Source: Dehalococcoidia bacterium (GTDB lineage Bacteria; Chloroflexota; Dehalococcoidia; UBA6926). From it: DNA of 64,000 bases. A program made the position numbers and the translations under genes. Shown here in pieces: positions 18,356-26,332 of the stretch. The DNA is taken from positions 691,473-755,472 of the forward strand of contig CBDCQG010000001.1 in assembly GCA_965220565.1 (NCBI GenBank). Direction: 5' to 3'. Under the pieces are notes generated by a model that saw nothing but the letters and a program-made list of their open reading frames with translations, ran no database searches and was not told the origin of the DNA. How positions within the stretch are numbered: the first letter of the stretch is position 1; each line of letters starts with the position of its first letter.

Positions 18356-19276
18356 CTATGCGGCCAGACGCCGGTCCTCCTCCAGCGCTCCTTCCAGTGC
18401 CCTGATTGCCACCTCGATCTGGTCATCGTCCGGTTGGCGCGTCGTCAGGGACTGGAGCAGCAGATTCGGCCAGATGATTGCCTTCACCAGGATGTTATTG
18501 GCATGGAACCCGCTGAATCGGATGATCTCGTAGCTCAACCCCGCAATCAACGGCAGCACCACGACCCGTGAGATCACGCGGTCCACCAACCCGGGCGGCG
18601 TCCAAAACACGTGAACGATGATCGCGACCACCAGCACCACCAGGATGAAGGCCGTCCCGCACCGCGGATGAGCCGTGCCGAATTGTCGAATCGAGCCCAC
18701 GTCAAGCGGCTGCCCGTGTTCCCGCGCATGGATCGTCATATGTTCTGCGCCGTGGTAGGCGAATACGCGCCGTATGTCCGGCATTAGACCGATAAGCCCG
18801 ATGTACCCCACGAACATGAGAAGACGAATCACGCCCTCGATCACGTTGCTCCAGATGTTAGTCGTGTCCAGCCACGAATCAAGCAGCCGTGTCGCGAAGA
18901 CCGGCGTTGCAAAGAAGATTGCGATGGCCAGCAGCAGACTGACCGCCACGGAACTGGCAACCGCCCACGATGACAAGCCCCCGGGCCCTTCGTTCGTGTC
19001 TCCCTTGTTCTCTTCCTCGGAGGCAACGTTGGCGGAGAAGATCAGCGCCCGCGTCCCCACCACGAGCATCTCGCTCAGGACAATCACGCCCCGAACGAAA
19101 GGAATACGGCGAATCGTCCGCGCCCAGCGCCACCCGATGGGCTGTGTTTCGACAAGGATCTCGCCGTTGGGGCGGCGCACCGCCATGCTCACGCACCTCC
19201 GGCCGCGGATCATCACGCCCTCGATGAGCGCCTGACCCCCATACGTGCTTGCCGTCGGTTGGCCCGCCTCAGTCAT
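18356..19276 (-). CDS. DUF1385 domain membrane protein
   Basis: The 306-aa ORF has the YGGQALIEGVMIRG N-terminal motif. It has the conserved synteny next to rpmE. Confidence 0.65.
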   Translation of the reverse strand: MTEAGQPTASTYGGQALIEGVMIRGRRCVSMAVRRPNGEILVETQPIGWRWARTIRRIPFVRGVIVLSEMLVVGTRALIFSANVASEEENKGDTNEGPGGLSSWAVASSVAVSLLLAIAIFFATPVFATRLLDSWLDTTNIWSNVIEGVIRLLMFVGYIGLIGLMPDIRRVFAYHGAEHMTIHAREHGQPLDVGSIRQFGTAHPRCGTAFILVVLVVAIIVHVFWTPPGLVDRVISRVVVLPLIAGLSYEIIRFSGFHANNILVKAIIWPNLLLQSLTTRQPDDDQIEVAIRALEGALEEDRRLAA

Positions 19277-19303
19277 CGCCGTGTGGCGACCGCGTACTGA
19301 AGG

Positions 19304-19537
19304 CTAATCCTGGCCCTCTTGTCGGCCCTGCCGCTGCGACGCCTGCGCGTAGCGGCGGCGCAGCCGCTCAACACGACCAAGCGTATCGACAATGCGCTGC
19401 TGTCCCGTGAAGAACGGATGGCACGTGTTGCACACGTCCACGCGAATCTCGGGCGTCGTTGCGCCCGTTGTCCACGTGGTCCCGCACGCGCAGGTCACCT
19501 GTGTCTGGTAGTACTCAGGATGAATTCCGGGCTTCAT
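19304..19537 (-). CDS. rpmE: 50S ribosomal protein L31
   Basis: MKPGIHPEYY...C..C...C..C with a zinc ribbon. 77 aa. Confidence 0.9.
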   Translation of the reverse strand: MKPGIHPEYYQTQVTCACGTTWTTGATTPEIRVDVCNTCHPFFTGQQRIVDTLGRVERLRRRYAQASQRQGRQEGQD

Positions 19538-19567
19538 GGTTATACTCTCCGCGCGTGAAGGGCGTTG

Positions 19568-19828
19568 CTACGCTTCGACGGGATAGACGCTGACGCGCTT
19601 CTTGGCGCGAGTCTGATGCTCGAATTTGACCGTGCCGTCGATCAGGGAGTAAAGGGTGAAATCACGACCGCGCCCGACGTTGGTTCCCTCGAAGATCCTG
19701 GTCCCGCGCTGCCGCAGGATGATTGTTCCTGCCCGCACGGTCTCGCCGTCGTAGCGCTTCACGCCCAGCCGCTGTCCCTGGCTGTCGCGGCCGTTTCGAG
19801 TGGTTCCGCCGCCCTTCTTATGCGCCAT
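19568..19828 (-). CDS. rpmA: 50S ribosomal protein L27
   Basis: [29 protein letters not shown] is the classic L27 N-terminus. Confidence 0.92.
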   Translation of the reverse strand: MAHKKGGGTTRNGRDSQGQRLGVKRYDGETVRAGTIILRQRGTRIFEGTNVGRGRDFTLYSLIDGTVKFEHQTRAKKRVSVYPVEA

Positions 19829-19867
19829 TGCTGTTTTACCTTTTCTCTTTGCGTCCGGGATGCCGGG

Positions 19868-20224
19868 CTAGGCGGGAACGATCTCCCGCACGAGCAGTTC
19901 CGTGATCGGCTGCCGATGCCCACGCTTGCGTCGATAGCGCACCTTGGACTTGTACTTGAAGACGACGATCTTCTTGTCCTTGCCCTGCTTCTCTACCTCC
20001 GCGATCACCTTCGCCCCCTCGATTGTGGGCGTTCCAACGGCGATGTCGTCATCGTTGGTAATCATCAGAACCTGGTCAAGCTCAATGAGTTCCCCTTCCT
20101 CGGCGTCGAGTTTCTCCACGGAAACCCGCTGGCCGGGGGACACGCGATACTGCTTGCCGCCCGTCTGGACGATTGCGTAATTGATGGAAACACCTCGTGG
20201 ATCGTGTGGCGAAAGTGGCATCAA
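19868..20224 (-). CDS. rplU: 50S ribosomal protein L21 (true start probably downstream of the called ATG)
   Basis: [17 protein letters not shown] is the L21 signature. The called 118-aa ORF carries an approximately 15-aa N-terminal extension. Confidence 0.85.
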   Translation of the reverse strand: MMPLSPHDPRGVSINYAIVQTGGKQYRVSPGQRVSVEKLDAEEGELIELDQVLMITNDDDIAVGTPTIEGAKVIAEVEKQGKDKKIVVFKYKSKVRYRRKRGHRQPITELLVREIVPA

Positions 20225-20272
20225 TCATACGTGCCGCCCCTGCCTGCGGTCAAGGAGACAGCCCGAGTATCC

Positions 20273-20896
20273 CTATCTGACGCTCCACCATTTCACAGGG
20301 TTGTCCATGTCCAGTTCCTCCAGCGTTTCAAGCCGGATGATCCGGATCTTTGGCTCCTCCCCGCGATTCACCTCAAGCAGCCCCACTGTCCCGACAAGAT
20401 GATCAAGGTTGTGGGGCAGGGTAGGGCTTCCCGGGTTCACGCACAGCACGTCCCTGACCGTAACGACCTCCTCCGTGTGCGTGTCTCCGAAGACGATGAT
20501 GTCCACGGCACGTCCGAACTCGTGACCCATCACGGATTCGATGGTGCGATGCGGTGGAAACTCCGGAATCGCCAACCCGTGCGTCAATCCGATGGAGAAT
20601 CCCTCAACCTCCATCACGCGTGTGCGTTCGATGCGCGGGTCCGTGATCTTCCGGAAGAAATCACCATTCCCCTCGCACGCGTACACGGGCGCGGCGCGTT
20701 CCAGATCATCGAGGCATGACGGGCTGTAGATGTCGCCCGCATGGAGGATGAACTCTGCCCCCGCGCCGGAGAAAATCTCCAACGCGCTCTCCGGCAGCGC
20801 CAACGGCGCCTCCGGCACGTGCGTATCGGAAATCAGGCCGATGATCAAAAGGGTGTCTCGGTCACTTCCTGAGGGTGACGCGGGCGTCCTTCTCAC
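20273..20896 (-). CDS. YfcE-like metallophosphoesterase (calcineurin-like phosphodiesterase)
   Basis: It has the GLISDTH and GD...HGH motifs. 207 aa. Confidence 0.7.
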   Translation of the reverse strand: MRRTPASPSGSDRDTLLIIGLISDTHVPEAPLALPESALEIFSGAGAEFILHAGDIYSPSCLDDLERAAPVYACEGNGDFFRKITDPRIERTRVMEVEGFSIGLTHGLAIPEFPPHRTIESVMGHEFGRAVDIIVFGDTHTEEVVTVRDVLCVNPGSPTLPHNLDHLVGTVGLLEVNRGEEPKIRIIRLETLEELDMDNPVKWWSVR

Positions 20897-22103
20897 CGAC
20901 GACTATTCGTGATACCCCCAGCAGCACCACGTCACGCAGAAGGGAATGAAGCGCCATGTCCTCATCCGCCAATTGCAGAAGAGACTCGATTGCTGCCGTT
21001 GCGCTCCCGTGCGTCCGTGTCGCGTCTCGCAGCCGCCCCGCCTCGTGGAAGAGCAGTTGCGCCGCCGACCGAATATCCTGCGCCGGAAGTCGGCCCTTCG
21101 ACGCCTCCCGGGCCAGGCTGCTTATCCGCAGATCCACTGCTGCCTCGATCCGTGAGGCGATCCCGTCGAGGCCGACCCGTGCCAGCACCGCCGCGTCCAA
21201 CTCTCGTGAACGCCGTGTGTGGTACGAGCAGCGCCCCTGGTTCGTCGCAGCCTCGCACTGGTAGTAGCGGTATGTGTTGGACCCTGACGACCCGTCATTT
21301 CGCGTCCATGATTGGCGGCGTGTCACGCCCACCATATTGCTGCCGCATGCGCTGCAGATCGCCGTGCCGGACAGGAGGTACGGCCTTCCTGCGCCGTATC
21401 CTGCGCGTTTTGCCCGCTCGTCAAGCCGATCCTGGATCTCCCTGAACAACGGAGTTGACACGAGGGCAGGATGGTTTCCGGCAACGCGCGCGCCCAACCG
21501 GTTGTAGGCGCCGGTGTAGACGCGGTTTCGCAGCATGTCACGGATCGTGACGATGCTCCACGCGCCTCCCCGGCGTGTTCGCAGCCCGCGGGAATTCAGT
21601 TCCGCCACAATGGCGCGAATGCCTTTGCCCTGTGCCGCAAGCCCAAAGATGATCTTGACGACGGTCGCTTCCTCGGGGTGTTCTTCCAACTGACCGCGGT
21701 CGCCCGTCTTGTATCCATACGGAATCCGGCCCAGAACGACGCCGCGCAACGCCTTGCGCGCCATGCTCTGCCGGATCATCTCTCCCCGGTCTGAAGGCGC
21801 TGTGCCATTTTCGGGCGTCAGGGCGATCTCAAGCGGATGCCCCTGCGCTTCCACGGAGATCAGCTCAACGCCCATCGCTTCCAGGCGCAGCAGCTCTTCA
21901 ATGAGCCGGACCCGGGGAATACGATCCCCCGGTGAGATCATCACGGAGACCCCGGCCGTCTCTTTTTCCTCGATGAGTCGTTGGCGCAGAGCCCAAAAGC
22001 CGTCCTCGGTTGCCGCGTACATCCCGTCGAACGGCGCGTTGCCCTTTTCAGCCGCGCGATCAAGATCGCGGCGGTCTCCCACGCCAAATATGATACTTGC
22101 CAC
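20862..22103 (-). CDS. Large serine recombinase family protein (resolvase domain + recombinase domain + zinc ribbon), N-terminal catalytic motif apparently degenerate
   Basis: It has the resolvase-like VMISPGDRIPR block and a recombinase domain (IPYGYK...GAWS...IRDMLRNRVYTG). A C..C....C zinc-ribbon region is present. The expected N-terminal (Y)ARVST(D/E)Q nucleophile motif is absent, replaced by IIFGVGDRRDL. It overlaps the downstream gene by 35 nt. Confidence 0.6.
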   Translation of the reverse strand: MASIIFGVGDRRDLDRAAEKGNAPFDGMYAATEDGFWALRQRLIEEKETAGVSVMISPGDRIPRVRLIEELLRLEAMGVELISVEAQGHPLEIALTPENGTAPSDRGEMIRQSMARKALRGVVLGRIPYGYKTGDRGQLEEHPEEATVVKIIFGLAAQGKGIRAIVAELNSRGLRTRRGGAWSIVTIRDMLRNRVYTGAYNRLGARVAGNHPALVSTPLFREIQDRLDERAKRAGYGAGRPYLLSGTAICSACGSNMVGVTRRQSWTRNDGSSGSNTYRYYQCEAATNQGRCSYHTRRSRELDAAVLARVGLDGIASRIEAAVDLRISSLAREASKGRLPAQDIRSAAQLLFHEAGRLRDATRTHGSATAAIESLLQLADEDMALHSLLRDVVLLGVSRIVVGEKDARVTLRK

Positions 22104-22230
22104 GGATCGCTGCTCCCCACCTTAATCCGCCGCTTTGTGCTTCGTAAATGTTAGCACACTGTGCCAAGTTCGGCGTCGCCTCCCTTTCCTTGCCCCCCGT
22201 TTATGCGGCCGCTACCCTAATTCCGAGACG

Positions 22231-24252
22231 ATGAAAGCCAGCAGAAAGAAACACCGCCGCTTTCCTCCGCGAAGCGGCAAGACCCCCACTCCTGACAGCC
22301 CGCCGCAGCGACTCACGCTTGAACTTGAGCGCCCAGGCCATCAGGGTGAGGCCGTCGGACGCCGTGACGACGGGAAGATCGTCCTGGCCGCGTATGGCAT
22401 TGCGGGCGAGCGTGTCGTCGTTGACGTACGTGAGGAGCATCCGACGTACATCGTTGCCGAAGTCGTAGAAGTCCTGCGGTCGTCGCCGGAGCGCGTAGAG
22501 CCACGCTGCCCGCACTTCGGCGCGTGCGGCGGGTGCCAGCTCCAGCACATCTCATATGACGAGCAGGGCAGGATCAAGAGACGTGTCGTTGCCGATCAAC
22601 TCCGCCGTATCGGGCATATCGTCGATCCGCCCGTTCGTCCCATCCTTGCCGCTGAAGACCCCTGGAATTACCGCAACAATGCGCGATTTACGGTGCGGAG
22701 AGAAGGCGCAACCGGATTCACTCATTGGCACACCCACCGGTTCGAGCCCATCGATGAGTGCCTGATCATGGACCCGCGCATCAACGATATCAAGCGCAAG
22801 CTGGATGGCGCGCTAACCAACCGCGAGCGTCAGCTTGCCGTCCGCATCGGCCGCAACACGGGAGACACGCTTATCCATCCCGCCCTCAACGGCCGCAGCG
22901 ATGAACGAGGTGTCGAAACCGGCCAGGGTTCGTATGAGGAGCGGCTGTTCAACGTGCCGTTCAGGGTGTCCGCCGCCTCCTTCTTCCAGGTCAACACCGT
23001 CCAGGCAGAGCGCATGATGGCTCTCGTCCGGGATCGCCTCCAACCCACGTCGTCTGGCGTCATCGTTGACGCCTATGCAGGTGTCGGCACGATTGCCGCT
23101 CTTATTGCCCCGATGGTCGGGCGCGTCATCGCCATCGAGGAATCCGCCGCCGCTGTCCGCGATGCCGAAGTCAATCTCGCGCCGTTCCCCAACGTTGAAA
23201 TGGTTCTGGCCAAGACGGAAGAGGCCCTGCCGGAACTTGATGAGCGCGTCGATGCCGTTATCCTCGATCCGCCGCGCGCCGGCTGCTATCCCGAGGTCAT
23301 CGATGCGCTGCGGCGACTCCGACCCCGCCGCGTCGTCTACGTTTCCTGCGACCCCGCCACCCTCGCCCGCGACCTGAACCGCCTGATCCTCTACGGCTAC
23401 ATGCTGACCGACGTCACACCCGTCGATATGTTTCCCCACACCTATCACATCGAGAGCGTTTCGACGCTGGAGCGGATGCCGCCGGACGGCTTCATCCTGG
23501 CCTCCACCTCGGCCCGCCGCCGTGAGATCCTCACCCACCACAACACACCCTTCGCCGCCCTGGCCCCCGCCGCCAACATTGAGCCGGACATTGCGCAACC
23601 GAACCCGGAAACGTTCGCAGACCCCATCTCCTACACCCGGCACCTCGCCCTCAGAAAAGCCCAATCCGTGGCGAGTGAAAGCGCAACTGTCCCAATCGTT
23701 GGCGCGGACACCGTCGTTGTCGCCCCGGATGGCCGCATCCTCAACAAACCACAAGACGCTGATGAGGCCCGCCGGATGCTCCGGACGCTTCGGGAGGGAG
23801 ACCACCAGGTCATCACCGCGATCGCCGTCATCCCACCTCAAATTCTCCGTCATTCCCACATCCCCGCCAGCCATTCCCGCGAAGGCGGGAATCTGAATCC
23901 CGATTTGCCAACCCCACCGCCTATCGTCGACCATCTTGTGACCACAGGCCGGATGCGCGACTACACCGACGCGGAAATCGAGGACTACATCGCCACCGGC
24001 GACCCGTTCGATAAGGCAGGCGCGTACGGCATCCAACACCCGGAATTCCGACCCGTCGCAGAACTCAGCGGCTGCTATCTGAACGTCGTCGGCCTCCCCC
24101 TCTGCCTGCTGGATCGATTACTGACCCAGGCAGGAACCCGCGCATCTTTCCCGCATTCCGGCGAAAGCCGGAATCCATCCGTCCCCGAACCCCGTGATGG
24201 CCACTGCGACTACTGCGCCCAACGCACGCCGCCACATCTCAGGATGCCCTGA
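22231..24252 (+). CDS. In-frame fusion: 23S rRNA (uracil-5)-methyltransferase RlmD/RumA (TRAM + MTase, 4Fe-4S Cys cluster) fused to Maf nucleoside-triphosphate pyrophosphatase
   Basis: The RumA motifs are CPHFGACGGCQ, the SAM site DAYAGVGT, and DPPRAG...VYVSCDP. The Maf motifs follow with no stop: FILASTSARRREIL ... GADTVV ... DKAGAYGIQ. The called ORF starts at 22135. MKAS at 22231 is more plausible. The C-terminal approximately 25 aa are encoded by an interspersed repeat. Confidence 0.7.
   Translation: MKASRKKHRRFPPRSGKTPTPDSPPQRLTLELERPGHQGEAVGRRDDGKIVLAAYGIAGERVVVDVREEHPTYIVAEVVEVLRSSPERVEPRCPHFGACGGCQLQHISYDEQGRIKRRVVADQLRRIGHIVDPPVRPILAAEDPWNYRNNARFTVRREGATGFTHWHTHRFEPIDECLIMDPRINDIKRKLDGALTNRERQLAVRIGRNTGDTLIHPALNGRSDERGVETGQGSYEERLFNVPFRVSAASFFQVNTVQAERMMALVRDRLQPTSSGVIVDAYAGVGTIAALIAPMVGRVIAIEESAAAVRDAEVNLAPFPNVEMVLAKTEEALPELDERVDAVILDPPRAGCYPEVIDALRRLRPRRVVYVSCDPATLARDLNRLILYGYMLTDVTPVDMFPHTYHIESVSTLERMPPDGFILASTSARRREILTHHNTPFAALAPAANIEPDIAQPNPETFADPISYTRHLALRKAQSVASESATVPIVGADTVVVAPDGRILNKPQDADEARRMLRTLREGDHQVITAIAVIPPQILRHSHIPASHSREGGNLNPDLPTPPPIVDHLVTTGRMRDYTDAEIEDYIATGDPFDKAGAYGIQHPEFRPVAELSGCYLNVVGLPLCLLDRLLTQAGTRASFPHSGESRNPSVPEPRDGHCDYCAQRTPPHLRMP
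23848..23902. repeat. Interspersed palindromic repeat (family A: CGTCATTCCCGCGAAAGCGGGAATC-like), in-frame inside the maf coding region
   Basis: ccgtcattcccacatccccgccagccattcccgcgaaggcgggaatc encodes an extra 'SHIPASHSREGGNLNPD' segment, absent from canonical Maf proteins. Confidence 0.7.
24147..24186. repeat. Interspersed palindromic repeat, family A copy (forms the 3' end of the rlmD-maf ORF)
   Basis: tttcccgcattccggcgaaagccggaatccatccgtcc. Confidence 0.6.
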
Positions 24253-24275
24253 TAGAAATCCCCCAGGAACTGTGT

Positions 24276-25163
24276 TTAGCGTCGGGCGCGAGGGCCAAAG
24301 GGCTCCGGCTGGAATGGGGCGTCGCGCGTCTCGATATAGCTGCGGAGTCCGCCCTTTTCGTTTGCATCGTCCAAGTGTCGCTTGAAATCCTCCCGCTGGG
24401 ACGTGTGGGCGAGGGCGGCAAGCTCCGCGTTCAGGCTCCACGCCTTGTCCAGCCCCATCATCTCCAGCCCCATCGTCGCGACATGCAGGTTGATCTTGAC
24501 GGTCTCCGGCGACACAAGCGCGATGCGCTCGCCGATGTAGAAACACTCCTCCAGCAGGTCATCGTGCGGCACAACCTTGTTGACAAGGCCGATGCGCAGC
24601 GCCTCTTGCGCGTCGATGTGGTCGCCGGTGAGGGCGTATCGCAGGGCGTTCTTGTAGCCCGCCAGCAGCACCCAGATGAAGTTGGTGTTGGAGATGTGGC
24701 GCACCTCCGGCTGGCCGAAGACGGCGTTCTCCGATGCGATGGTGATGTGAGTTGTGAGCGCGAGCCATGAGGCCGCGCCGAGCGCCCAGCCGTTGATTGC
24801 GCCGATGATGGGTTTGGGATACTCCCAGCGCCGCATCTGGTCGCGGATGCCGTTGCGGTCGCCATCACGCCACGAATCCAGGAATTCGGCGATGGACTGC
24901 CCCTCGCGCAGGCCATAGGGCCAGACGACCGGCGGCAGTGAGCCGTCACGGGAGCCGCGCATATTCGCGCCGGCGGAGAAGGCTCGCCCCGCGCCGGTTA
25001 GGATGATGTAGCGAACCTCATCATCCTGTTCGGCGTCATCCAGTGCAGCGTTCAGGTCGGCGCGCAGCTCGACGCTGAGCGAGTTCATCGCCTCAGGCCG
25101 GTTCAGGGTGATCAACGCGCCCTTCCGCTGCTTCTCATACAGGATATTTTCGTATGTGGTCAT
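24276..25163 (-). CDS. Enoyl-CoA hydratase/isomerase (crotonase) family protein
   Basis: It has the crotonase fold motifs LTGAGRAFSAGANM and the oxyanion-hole region. 295 aa. Confidence 0.75.
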   Translation of the reverse strand: MTTYENILYEKQRKGALITLNRPEAMNSLSVELRADLNAALDDAEQDDEVRYIILTGAGRAFSAGANMRGSRDGSLPPVVWPYGLREGQSIAEFLDSWRDGDRNGIRDQMRRWEYPKPIIGAINGWALGAASWLALTTHITIASENAVFGQPEVRHISNTNFIWVLLAGYKNALRYALTGDHIDAQEALRIGLVNKVVPHDDLLEECFYIGERIALVSPETVKINLHVATMGLEMMGLDKAWSLNAELAALAHTSQREDFKRHLDDANEKGGLRSYIETRDAPFQPEPFGPRARR

Positions 25164-25193
25164 TGGGTGCCTCCTTGTATTTCCGTTGTCGAT

Positions 25194-26231
25194 TCACCTA
25201 CCCTTAGCCGCTCTGAGAGCGTCCATGAATCGGTCGATTTCTTGTGTGCTAGTGAAATAGCCCTTGTAACCGATTGCTTCCGACTGATGGACACCGATCG
25301 TCTTCCCCCAATCCGTGACCGCCTCAGTGCCTTCGACTTCGTCAGGAAGCAGCTGCTCCACTTCATCCACTTCAATTCCAAAGAACTCTTGGATTCGCGT
25401 GGCGTGGACTATGAAGGGCAGGCCGACTTTGTCTCCATCTCGCGCGGCGTCAACCGTCATTAGACGCCGCCACCGGCCATCATCAGCCTTGAGCTCGCAA
25501 ACCACACCCTTGCGGTAGTTCGTGTGGGTGAATATTCCACTCATTCGTTCGCGGAAATGGTCATATACTTCGCCGATACCATTGTCAATGGCCATCTGAC
25601 GGAGCCCCTCGACCGTCTGTGACGCTCGCTTGGAGGTTCTGCGAGCATTTGCCTCCGCGACTTGGGGCTCGACCAAGTAAACTTGCGCAAGCATCCGCTT
25701 GTCGTCTTTATCTACAAATTGTTGGACTGTAGCGACATTTATCGGAACCCCCAAGTCCGCCAAGTACTTCACGATCCGTTCTGTGCCGTCGTCCATAGAT
25801 TCCGCCACAATGAGACTGCGATGGCTTTCATTCAGGACTGCGGGTAATTCTGTTTCGAATCTGGCTTCAAAGGCGGCCTCAAGGGAGTCCCATCCAGGTA
25901 TCTTGTGGCCGGCATTCTTGAGAAGCTGATCGCGCGAAAGCTTGCTGACCCAAGATGCATAGTCCAGAGCTTGGGCTGTGGCGTCCCGCGGTGTTTGCCC
26001 TTTCTTTAGCTCTATTGCGACTGTATTGCCTTCTCTATCGAGACAAAGAAGATCTATGTAACCCCCGTAATCGGTTCGCACCTGTCTTCCAATGACCAAG
26101 AGGTTCCGCTCTAGGAGATCAATGTCGTCAACGAGCCATTGCTCTAAATCGATTTCCAATGGGATCTCGTGTTGAGGTATGGAAACGGGCCGCCCCTCCC
26201 GTATCTCCCAAAGGCGGATTTTCTGGGTCAA
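25194..26231 (-). CDS. NucS/RecB-like PD-(D/E)xK nuclease domain protein (N-terminal nuclease core, C-terminal domain of unknown function)
   Basis: GYIDLLCLDREGNTVAIELKKG followed by QALDYASW is the D...D/E.K + QxxxY pattern of RecB/NucS-type nucleases. The remaining approximately 230 aa are unrecognised. Confidence 0.5.
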   Translation of the reverse strand: MTQKIRLWEIREGRPVSIPQHEIPLEIDLEQWLVDDIDLLERNLLVIGRQVRTDYGGYIDLLCLDREGNTVAIELKKGQTPRDATAQALDYASWVSKLSRDQLLKNAGHKIPGWDSLEAAFEARFETELPAVLNESHRSLIVAESMDDGTERIVKYLADLGVPINVATVQQFVDKDDKRMLAQVYLVEPQVAEANARRTSKRASQTVEGLRQMAIDNGIGEVYDHFRERMSGIFTHTNYRKGVVCELKADDGRWRRLMTVDAARDGDKVGLPFIVHATRIQEFFGIEVDEVEQLLPDEVEGTEAVTDWGKTIGVHQSEAIGYKGYFTSTQEIDRFMDALRAAKGR

Positions 26232-26278
26232 TTTCGTTGTTTCTCCTTACCTTGCTGTCGAGAGTCTAATGAGTTCTG

Positions 26279-26325
26279 GATTCCCGCTTTCGCGGGAATG
26301 ACGGGTAGGGCGGCGGGAATGACGC
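26279..26325. repeat. Interspersed palindromic repeat, family A copy (inverted orientation), intergenic
   Basis: ggattcccgctttcgcgggaatgacgggtagggcggcgggaatgacg. Confidence 0.65.
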
Positions 26326-26332
26326 TGGTTGG

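Noticed and set aside
20862-22103. Calling an integrated mobile element around the serine recombinase
   Set aside because: There are no flanking direct/inverted repeats, no cargo genes, and the catalytic motif is apparently lost. I report it only as a recombinase-like gene.
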